This document shows positions 51,712 through 59,220 of a stretch of 64,000 nucleotides of DNA, in pieces. The stretch comes from an uncultured Candidatus Actinomarina sp. (GTDB lineage Bacteria; Actinomycetota; Acidimicrobiia; Actinomarinales; Actinomarinaceae). A model generated the notes under the pieces. The model made no database searches, had not been told where the DNA came from, and saw only the letters and a list, made by a program, of their open reading frames with translations. Each line of letters starts with the position of its first letter. Position 1 is the stretch's first letter. The stretch is from NCBI GenBank assembly GCA_902622665.1, contig CACNQV010000004.1, forward strand, positions 5,142 to 69,141, written 5' to 3'. Made by a program: the position numbers and the translations under genes.

Positions 51712-52176
51712 ATGAAAGTTGTTTTGCAGAGAGTTAAAAGTGCATATGTAAAAGTTGGATCAAGTATTGTCTCAGAAATTGATAAGGGTTATTTACTTTT
51801 ATGGGGTATCGAGGAATCAGATTCTGAAGTAGAAAGTAAAATTTTAATTAATAAAATTTTAAATTTAAGAATTTTCTCTGACGAAAATTTGAAAATGAAT
51901 AAATCAATAATTGATGTCTCTGGGGAAATACTAATTGTAAGTCAATTCACATTAGCTGGAAAACTTTTGAAAGGGAATAGGCCTTCGTTTGTAAATGCAA
52001 AATCTCCAGAAATAGCTGAAAACATGATTTCAAATATTGTTGAAGAATTTTCTAAGCATGTAACTGTAAGATCAGGGAGTTTCGGTGCCATGATGGATGT
52101 GGGTTTAGTCAACGATGGGCCATCAACTTTTGTATTGTCTGCTAAAAATGGAAAATTAATTGATCAAGCAGACTGA
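51712..52176 (+). CDS. dtd: D-aminoacyl-tRNA deacylase
   Basis: MKVVLQRV, SQFTLAG, NRPSF, FGAMMDV and LVNDGPSTF motifs. Confidence 0.9.
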   Translation: MKVVLQRVKSAYVKVGSSIVSEIDKGYLLLWGIEESDSEVESKILINKILNLRIFSDENLKMNKSIIDVSGEILIVSQFTLAGKLLKGNRPSFVNAKSPEIAENMISNIVEEFSKHVTVRSGSFGAMMDVGLVNDGPSTFVLSAKNGKLIDQAD

Positions 52177-52592
52177 AGTTTAGCTTTTTTCCCTATTTCT
52201 TTTTTGTCTAGCTGCTTATCAAGATAATATTCTTCTCCAGCCCATAAATGTAGTCCAAGCCCAAGTTTCATAGCACATCTTTTGAAAGAATCTGATTCTG
52301 CGTGTTTTGCGTTACTTCCATCATTTTTTTGATCGTGCTCCACGTCGCCGATAGATGTTACAGTAACTAATTTACCATCTATTTCAACAGTTAATTTTCC
52401 AAAGCAACCAACAACTGCTCCAGTATTTTCTTGTCGAATTAATTCAACAACTTCCCAATCAAATGGACCGCAAACTTCTAGAAGGCGTTGTGTAATTACT
52501 GAATGTGGCACATAATTTCCAAACTTACCTTTGGGCGCTTTTTTGATCCAATCTTTTGGAAATTTTCTTGATAGTTCATATAATTGTTTCAT
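52164..52592 (-). CDS. Rad52/Sak-like single-strand annealing protein (putative)
   Basis: YVPHSVITQRLLEVCGPFDWEV..., then beta-hairpin-like GKLTVEIDGKLVTVTSIGDV, then AESDSFKRCAMKLGLGLHLW. This follows the order and key C-terminal motif (xDAxKRxxxxxGxGxxLY/W) of phage/bacterial Rad52-family proteins. I placed the start at ATG 52592, which forms an ATGA overlap with the upstream gene. Confidence 0.5.
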   Translation of the reverse strand: MKQLYELSRKFPKDWIKKAPKGKFGNYVPHSVITQRLLEVCGPFDWEVVELIRQENTGAVVGCFGKLTVEIDGKLVTVTSIGDVEHDQKNDGSNAKHAESDSFKRCAMKLGLGLHLWAGEEYYLDKQLDKKEIGKKAKLQSA

Positions 52593-53110
52593 TTTCTTCT
52601 CTCCATTTCTTTCAAATTTTTTGCCCACAATGGTGCAGCATCATTACTTGTTTGAATAACTTGTAATCTTGGTTCCTCATCCCAAACTTTCTCTATAAAA
52701 GTATCTCTTGCTAATTGCTTATCCATTCCTTTTTTTTCTGCAACTGCATCCAGCCCTCGTAGTTTTGGAACAGAAGCTGTTCCAAAAAGTGCTACTAAGT
52801 TTTCAATATCATCTTCTGAGAGTTTTTTTCTTGTAGCCCAGTCAATCAATCTCTTTAAATCGATAGTTTTTGATTTATAACTTTTAGAGTAATTAAAAAC
52901 AGTATCAGATATTTTTATTGCCCCTTTTTCTTGAACATCGTGAGCAATCTTATTATCAACAAATTTATTTATTTTATAAGTACTATCTTTTGCCTCTAGA
53001 GAGACCCCTCTTGCAATAAATAATTCATGAGGTTCTTTAATTGTGTGCAATTCAGTGTTTTCTAAAGTTTCTTCACCACTTTTGGCAATATCCCAGATCA
53101 AATCTTTCAT
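52589..53110 (-). CDS. hypothetical protein (173 aa), translationally coupled to the Rad52-like gene
   Basis: Clean ORF with SD-like AGGAAAA 7 nt upstream. Charged and soluble. I recognise no family motif. Confidence 0.5.
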   Translation of the reverse strand: MKDLIWDIAKSGEETLENTELHTIKEPHELFIARGVSLEAKDSTYKINKFVDNKIAHDVQEKGAIKISDTVFNYSKSYKSKTIDLKRLIDWATRKKLSEDDIENLVALFGTASVPKLRGLDAVAEKKGMDKQLARDTFIEKVWDEEPRLQVIQTSNDAAPLWAKNLKEMERRK

Positions 53111-53125
53111 ATATTTTCCTATAAC

Positions 53126-53242
53126 TTATGCTGCTTCATCATATACTGTATGACAATCGCATCGGTCATTGTGGTCTAGGCAAATAAAGTTCGCTTTGAT
53201 CCCAGATATTTCGAGTAATTTAATTATTTCCTTTTCTTTCAT
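53126..53242 (-). CDS. possible 38-aa Cys/His-rich micro-protein
   Basis: An ATG..TAA ORF not in the supplied track: MKEKEIIKLLEISGIKANFICLDHNDRCDCHTVYDEAA. It ends 15 nt before the 173-aa gene. It carries a C-x2-H-x3-C-x-C-H cluster. No clear SD. Confidence 0.3.
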   Translation of the reverse strand: MKEKEIIKLLEISGIKANFICLDHNDRCDCHTVYDEAA

Positions 53243-53322
53243 AATTTATAATTTAGAAATGCAGTGTGACAAAAAAAATAAAATAACAATCTTTCTAACA
53301 AAAACCCATATATGATGAGCTT

Positions 53323-54588
53323 GTGATAGTTGAAAATAATCTCTTTGACTCACATATGTATAAAGAAGTCATTGCACAATATGACGAAGTTTCTGATTTA
53401 ATTAATCTTGACTCCAATATAAAAGAGAGACTTAAATTACCTCAAAGATCTCTTGTAGTAACTTTTCCATTTAGAAGAGATGAATATGATGAGGTTGAGA
53501 CGGTAACTGGATATAGAGTTCAACATGTTTTATCAATGGGCCCTACTAAAGGTGGTATTCGGTATGCACCAGATGTAAATCTAGGTGAAGTTACAGCCCT
53601 AGCTATTCTTATGTCTTGGAAGTCTGCAATTGTAGGGTTACCTTATGGTGGTGCAAAAGGTGGTGTAGCGATAGACCCAAAACCTTTGACTCGAGCTGAA
53701 AAGCAACGAGTTACAAGAAGGTATACAGCTGAATTATTACCAATTATTGGCGTTGATAAAGATATACCCGCTCCTGATCTAGGTACAGATGAGCAAACAA
53801 TGGCATGGATAATGGACACTTATAGTAACTTTGTTGGCTCACCACAGCCTGGAATAGTGACTGGAAAACCCGTTTCTCTTGGTGGCTCAATAACTAGACG
53901 AGAATCAACAGGTAGGGGTGCAGTTGCTGTTGGTCAAGCAGCTATGGAAAAAATAGGTAAAAGTTATAAAGATTCAAGAGTCGTAATTCAAGGATTTGGA
54001 AATGTTGGTAGGTTTGCAGCTTTAGATTCATATGAAAGAGGAGCAAAAGTTATAGCAGTAAACGATTTAGGTGGTGCTGTAATAAATAATAATGGTCTTA
54101 ACATCCCTGAACTTTTTAAACATATTGCCAAAAGCCAATCGGTTAAAGGATTTTCAGGTGGAGAGGAATATGATGGGGAAATCCTTGAAGTTGATTGCGA
54201 TGTTTTAATACCTGCAGCTATTGGAGGAGTTCTTACCTCTAGCAATGCTGATAAAATTAAAGCTAATGTAATAATCGAAGGTGCTAATTCTCCTACAACA
54301 ACAAATGCAGATAAAATCTTAAGAGAAAATGGCATAATGCTTATTCCAGACATTCTTGCTAATGCCGGCGGAATTACTGCAAGCTACTTTGAGTGGGTAC
54401 AAAATACACAGAATTATTTATGGAAAGAAAAAGAACTTCAAGAAAAATTGATTGACGTTATGCTGACTGCTTTCGAAGAAGTTTGGACAATTTCACAAAA
54501 ACAAAATTGCGATTTACGTACAGCCGCACTTATTAAAGGCATTAAAAGAGTAGCTGCAGCAAAATTGACTAGAGGTTTATTTCCCTAA
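53323..54588 (+). CDS. gdhA: NAD(P)-specific glutamate dehydrogenase
   Basis: GPTKGGIRY, LPYGGAKGGV, VIQGFGNVG. GTG start. Confidence 0.9.
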   Translation: MIVENNLFDSHMYKEVIAQYDEVSDLINLDSNIKERLKLPQRSLVVTFPFRRDEYDEVETVTGYRVQHVLSMGPTKGGIRYAPDVNLGEVTALAILMSWKSAIVGLPYGGAKGGVAIDPKPLTRAEKQRVTRRYTAELLPIIGVDKDIPAPDLGTDEQTMAWIMDTYSNFVGSPQPGIVTGKPVSLGGSITRRESTGRGAVAVGQAAMEKIGKSYKDSRVVIQGFGNVGRFAALDSYERGAKVIAVNDLGGAVINNNGLNIPELFKHIAKSQSVKGFSGGEEYDGEILEVDCDVLIPAAIGGVLTSSNADKIKANVIIEGANSPTTTNADKILRENGIMLIPDILANAGGITASYFEWVQNTQNYLWKEKELQEKLIDVMLTAFEEVWTISQKQNCDLRTAALIKGIKRVAAAKLTRGLFP

Positions 54589-55548
54589 TAGTTCTTCTAT
54601 TTCAGACTGAATAGTGACTTTTTTTTCTTCTAATTCTGATATCTGTAACTTAATATTTTTTTTACCGTTATTTCCAATTGGACTTCCTTTAGGAAGCTCA
54701 TTCTCATTTTTAAACATATCTAAAACTTGAAATTCTTCTTCTAGTTCTAAAATTGCTTCATTAATATTCCTTAGTTCCTCGGTGCTAGGGGGGTTCTCAT
54801 TAAATTCTGGACATATTGGTTTGTAGTAACACCAATCACAGAGATTATTTTTTACTGCTGGGAATTTATTTTCTTTATATGCTTTTTTAATATTGGTCCA
54901 TATTTCTAATATTTCTCTTCTTGCAGTGTCTAAATCTTCTTCATTAATTTTTAAAGTATGAATCGTCGAATTCTTTAGATAAATTAATTTCAACTCTGCA
55001 GGCATTTCACCAAGCTCTTCTTTTATTAAAAGCGCGTAGAGTTTTAAAGCAAAAAATCTCGGTTCTTTATATTTAGCCATAGGCGCTTTCCCACTTTTGT
55101 AATCAACAATAATAAGTTCTCCATTTCTGTTCCTATCCATCCTGTCTAGAATGCCTCTTAAATTTAAATCTTCAATACTTCCTCTTACCCAACGTTCACG
55201 TTCTAATGGATTAAAGGTTGTTGGATCTTCTATTGTCATGTAATTATTTAATAATTTAAGTCCATCTATACCCCAGTCTCTTTCTTCTTCAACAGATGAA
55301 AAGAGATTATGATGCTCGTCCGTTCCTCTTACTTTGGTCCAAGCATCTCTAAACAAATTATGTAGTTTTTCAATACTTCTCTCGTCCTGAGGTAAGTCAA
55401 ATAAATCTTCTAGTGCTTGATGAACAGTTGTACCTTTTGCTTGAACCTCATTTGTTGGTTCCTTTAATTTATCTACGTTTGCATATTTAAACTGTTGAGG
55501 GCATGTTTTAAACTGCGACGCTCTTGAAGGTGATAAATTTTTAATCAT
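54577..55548 (-). CDS. PD-(D/E)XK nuclease, RecB/Cas4-like with 4-Cys Fe-S motif
   Basis: N-terminal Cys (FKTCPQQFKY), nuclease core GILDRMDR...LIIVDYKSGK, then QxxxY-like helix, then CDWCYYKPICPEF (C-x2-C-x5-C). About 65 aa of coiled-coil-like C-terminal extension. Confidence 0.75.
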   Translation of the reverse strand: MIKNLSPSRASQFKTCPQQFKYANVDKLKEPTNEVQAKGTTVHQALEDLFDLPQDERSIEKLHNLFRDAWTKVRGTDEHHNLFSSVEEERDWGIDGLKLLNNYMTIEDPTTFNPLERERWVRGSIEDLNLRGILDRMDRNRNGELIIVDYKSGKAPMAKYKEPRFFALKLYALLIKEELGEMPAELKLIYLKNSTIHTLKINEEDLDTARREILEIWTNIKKAYKENKFPAVKNNLCDWCYYKPICPEFNENPPSTEELRNINEAILELEEEFQVLDMFKNENELPKGSPIGNNGKKNIKLQISELEEKKVTIQSEIEELLGK

Positions 55549-55594
55549 GTTTAAATTATATATATATTAAATGACAAAATTGTAAAATGTGTTT

Positions 55595-55708
55595 GTGAGT
55601 AAGTTTATTAAAATTCTGCAAATTATTGGAATCATCACTTTTGTAATGTATTTTGTGATTGGCATGCTATATAACTCATTTAGTTGGTTTAATTATCTAC
55701 TTAATTGA
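55595..55708 (+). CDS. possible 37-aa hydrophobic micro-protein
   Basis: A GTG..TGA ORF not in the track: MSKFIKILQIIGIITFVMYFVIGMLYNSFSWFNYLLN, with one predicted TM helix. No clear SD, so it could be a chance ORF in the ino1 upstream region. Confidence 0.2.
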   Translation: MSKFIKILQIIGIITFVMYFVIGMLYNSFSWFNYLLN

Positions 55709-55749
55709 TCTTTTAAAAATATAAAACTCACTCTTGCTAAAGTAAAAAA

Positions 55750-56823
55750 ATGGAAAATAACATAAAAGTTGCAATATTGGGTGTGGGCAATTGTGCCAGC
55801 TCATTTGTTCAAGGAATCGAGCATTACAGTAATTCTGATAATGAAGATGGTCTTATCTCTGACATCATTGGAGGTTATAAGGTTTCTAATATTGAAGTAG
55901 TAGCGGCATATGATATTAATACTTCAAAAGTTGGTAAAGATTTAAGTGAAGCAATATTTGCAGAACCAAACAACACAATTAAGTTTTGTGATGTATCAAA
56001 AACGGGTGTAATAGTTGAGCCGGGGGTAGTGAATGATGGTGTTGGAAAATTTGTTAAAGATATCATCACAACTTCACCTGACTCAGAGAATTTTGAAGGT
56101 TCTTTAAAAGATTCAGGTGCAGAAATACTAATTAACTTACTACCAGTAGGATCTGACGAGGCAGTAAAATTCTACGCTCAATCCGCTATTAATGTCGGTG
56201 TAGGGTTTATTAATTGTATTCCTGTTTTTATAGCTAGAGATAAAGAATGGTATCAAAAATTTAAAGATGCTGGAGTACCACTAATCGGCGATGATATTAA
56301 AAGCCAAGTTGGAGCAACAATTGTTCATAGAGTTTTAGCGCAATTATTTTCTGATAGAGGAGTCAATCTTGAAAACACTTATCAACTTAATGTTGGTGGG
56401 AATATGGACTTTCTCAATATGCTTGAAGAAGACCGTCTGGAAACAAAAAGAACAAGCAAAACTTCTTCTGTTACATCTGTAGCTAATAAAGGGAAAGGTA
56501 TATCACCTGATAATGTAAGGATTGGACCTTCTGACTATGTAAGGTGGTTGGAAGATAGAAAAAAAGCATTTATAAGACTTGAAGGAAAAGGTTTTGGAGG
56601 GGCACCACTTAATTTAGAAGTTCAATTAGAAGTTTGGGATTCACCAAATAGCGCAGGAGTAACGATTGATGCAGTCAGGTATATGAAGTTTTTCAAAGAA
56701 AAAAATGATCTAGATTCTCTAGATTTAGTTTCAGCTTGGTTAATGAAAGCTCCATTTAAGCCCGTAAAAGATGGAGATGTATTAAGGCAGCTTCATGAGC
56801 TTACTCATGTTGAATCTGATTAA
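55750..56823 (+). CDS. ino1: myo-inositol-1-phosphate synthase
   Basis: 357 aa. VAILGVGNCASSFVQG, the LPVGS region, DDIKSQVGATIVHR and the NVGGNMDFLN pattern match the short bacterial/actinobacterial Ino1 type. Confidence 0.88.
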   Translation: MENNIKVAILGVGNCASSFVQGIEHYSNSDNEDGLISDIIGGYKVSNIEVVAAYDINTSKVGKDLSEAIFAEPNNTIKFCDVSKTGVIVEPGVVNDGVGKFVKDIITTSPDSENFEGSLKDSGAEILINLLPVGSDEAVKFYAQSAINVGVGFINCIPVFIARDKEWYQKFKDAGVPLIGDDIKSQVGATIVHRVLAQLFSDRGVNLENTYQLNVGGNMDFLNMLEEDRLETKRTSKTSSVTSVANKGKGISPDNVRIGPSDYVRWLEDRKKAFIRLEGKGFGGAPLNLEVQLEVWDSPNSAGVTIDAVRYMKFFKEKNDLDSLDLVSAWLMKAPFKPVKDGDVLRQLHELTHVESD

Positions 56824-58082
56824 ATTAAAGATTCACTAAAAATTTCTAAAGCTTCTTCTACCTGATTAATTGGTGTAGTTAAAGGACCCATAAACCTAAT
56901 AACATTCCCAAACTCACCACAAGAAACAAGAAGTAAACCTTTTTCCTTACATTTGGTAATAATTTTTTGAGTTTTTTCTTTATCAGGAGTTTTAGATTCT
57001 TTATCATTTACAATTTCTACACCAATCATTGGACCGTAACCTCTCACATCCCCAACAAAATTAAATTCATTCAATAAGTTTGATAGAACTTTGTTCATTA
57101 TTTTTGCTTGCTTGTTTGCATTTTTTAAAATGTTTTCATTATCAAACGCATCTAGTACTCCTAATGCCGCAGCACAGGATATAGGTGAGGCACCAAAAGT
57201 ACTTCCAATACCAGCGTCATGAATCGAATCCATAATTTCTGATTTACCTAAAACTGCAGCTAGAGGAAAACCACCTGCAATTCCTTTGGCCAATGTAACC
57301 ATGTCTGGGACTACTCCCACTGTTTCTGCACCGAACATATTTCCTGTTCGTCCATATCCTGTTTGTACTTCGTCAAAAATTAATAAGATATTATGTTTGT
57401 CACAAATATCTCTGAGTTGCGATAAAAAATAACTTGAAGCTGGAATATACCCTCCTTCCCCAAGTTCTACTTCAATCACAATTGCTGCTGTGTCATTTGG
57501 ATCAAGAGTATTGTTAAATACTTCATTGACGCTTAGCAATGCATCTTCATCTGAAATATCTCTGTAGCTGTATGGGTAAACAGCATGTTTAACAAATTCG
57601 GGAAATGGTCCAAATCCTTCTTTATAAGGCTTGTCTTTTCCGGTCAACCCCATTGCAAGATAAGTTCTTCCGTGGAAACCACCTTTAAAAGATAAAATTG
57701 CTTTTTTGTTTGTAAAATATCTTGCAATCTTAACTGCATTTTCTACGGCCTCAGCACCACTATTAACCATAAAAGTTTTAGTTTCAGTGTCTATTGGATA
57801 TCTTTTATTAAGTTCTTCGGATAGTTTTACAGCATTTTCATGTGGTGCAAACGCAAAACATGAATGTGAAAAGTTATCAAGCTGATTTTTGACTCTATCG
57901 ACAACTCTTGGATGAAGATGGCCAGTGTTTAAAACAGCGTATCCTCCAACATAATCTAAATATCGATTACCTTCAGAATCCCATATTTCAGCATTTTTAC
58001 CCTTAACAATAAAATTTTCTAAGGTGCTATACCAGGCACTTGGGACATTCGATTGTATTTGATCATTTTGAATGTAAACCAT
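56820..58082 (-). CDS. gabT: 4-aminobutyrate aminotransferase (class III PLP aminotransferase)
   Basis: NSGAEAVENAVKIAR, FHGRT, DEVQTGYGRTG and the PLP Lys context TLAKGIAGGFPL. Confidence 0.85.
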   Translation of the reverse strand: MVYIQNDQIQSNVPSAWYSTLENFIVKGKNAEIWDSEGNRYLDYVGGYAVLNTGHLHPRVVDRVKNQLDNFSHSCFAFAPHENAVKLSEELNKRYPIDTETKTFMVNSGAEAVENAVKIARYFTNKKAILSFKGGFHGRTYLAMGLTGKDKPYKEGFGPFPEFVKHAVYPYSYRDISDEDALLSVNEVFNNTLDPNDTAAIVIEVELGEGGYIPASSYFLSQLRDICDKHNILLIFDEVQTGYGRTGNMFGAETVGVVPDMVTLAKGIAGGFPLAAVLGKSEIMDSIHDAGIGSTFGASPISCAAALGVLDAFDNENILKNANKQAKIMNKVLSNLLNEFNFVGDVRGYGPMIGVEIVNDKESKTPDKEKTQKIITKCKEKGLLLVSCGEFGNVIRFMGPLTTPINQVEEALEIFSESLI

Positions 58083-58144
58083 TATTAATTCACTGTAACT
58101 GAATAATTATTAATACTCAATTTTGTAACCACTAAAATAAAACC

Positions 58145-58513
58145 ATGGATTTTTATTTTTTAGAATTACCCTCATATATAAGCCTTTCTATTTGTGGTTT
58201 AGTTGGTTTATTTTTGCTCGTAATACATTTAGGTAAGTATAAAGTAAAATTAAAAGTTACTAATTCATTAATACTATTTGCATTAATTTCAGTACTTTTA
58301 CAAGTCTTGTTTGTTGTTTATTATTCACAAAATAATGAAATAGGGTCCTTCAGTCTTTTCTATAATATTGTCAATCTTTTTGTTTTGACATTTCTTTATA
58401 TTTATAGGAATGAAATGGAATTGAATTATTATCTTTACTGGTCATTTGCGTTACTCTTTTTAATGGGAATGGAAATCAGAGCAATACAGACACTAGGTAT
58501 GGGACTAAATTAA
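58145..58513 (+). CDS. hypothetical small membrane protein (about 4 TM helices)
   Basis: 122 aa, strongly hydrophobic. It is the first gene of a tightly packed 5-gene plus-strand run. Its stop overlaps the next start (TAATG). Confidence 0.45.
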   Translation: MDFYFLELPSYISLSICGLVGLFLLVIHLGKYKVKLKVTNSLILFALISVLLQVLFVVYYSQNNEIGSFSLFYNIVNLFVLTFLYIYRNEMELNYYLYWSFALLFLMGMEIRAIQTLGMGLN

Positions 58514-59220
58514 TGGGCTACAAGATTTTAAGTGATGACCTAACATTTGCCAACGTAAATTCCGATTCTCCAAAAGTTTGCTTTTTGCATGGATGGGGAA
58601 CAAGTGGAAAAGATTTTAGTAAAATTGATCCTTATTTTGAATCTATAACAATTGACATCCCGGGTTTTGGTAAGTCTGTTCCTTTTACAATTAGTTTCTC
58701 ACCAAAGAAATATGCAGAGTATCTTTATAAATTAATTCCTGATTCAGTTGAGATAGTTGTCGGCCATTCATTTGGAGGAAGGATTGCTGCTCATCTATCA
58801 CAGCTCAAAAACTATAAAAAAATAGTTATTATTGCTTCACCACTGATAAAAATTAAAAATTCAAAGAAAAGCATTTCTTTTTTTAATATTTTTAAATTTA
58901 TGAATAAGTTAAATTTACTAAGTGACAACAGACTTGACTTAATGAGAAATAAATATGGTTCTGAAGATTATAGAAAAGCCTCCAAAGTATTAAAAGATAC
59001 ATTAGTTATGGCCGTAAATGACGATCTGTCATCTATTCTTCCATCAATCAATACAAAAGTTGAATTAATTTATGGTCAAGATGATTTGGTAGTACCAGTA
59101 AAAGTAGGTCTTGATTCAAATAAAATAATTCCTAATTCTGAATTAACTATAATTCCGAATGAAGGTCACAATATGCTAAGAAGTAGTTCAAAGAAAATAG
59201 TTGAGATTATTTTAAGATGA
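58513..59220 (+). CDS. alpha/beta hydrolase
   Basis: CFLHGWG, the nucleophile elbow VGHSFGG and the C-terminal NEGHNM histidine. Confidence 0.7.
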   Translation: MGYKILSDDLTFANVNSDSPKVCFLHGWGTSGKDFSKIDPYFESITIDIPGFGKSVPFTISFSPKKYAEYLYKLIPDSVEIVVGHSFGGRIAAHLSQLKNYKKIVIIASPLIKIKNSKKSISFFNIFKFMNKLNLLSDNRLDLMRNKYGSEDYRKASKVLKDTLVMAVNDDLSSILPSINTKVELIYGQDDLVVPVKVGLDSNKIIPNSELTIIPNEGHNMLRSSSKKIVEIILR

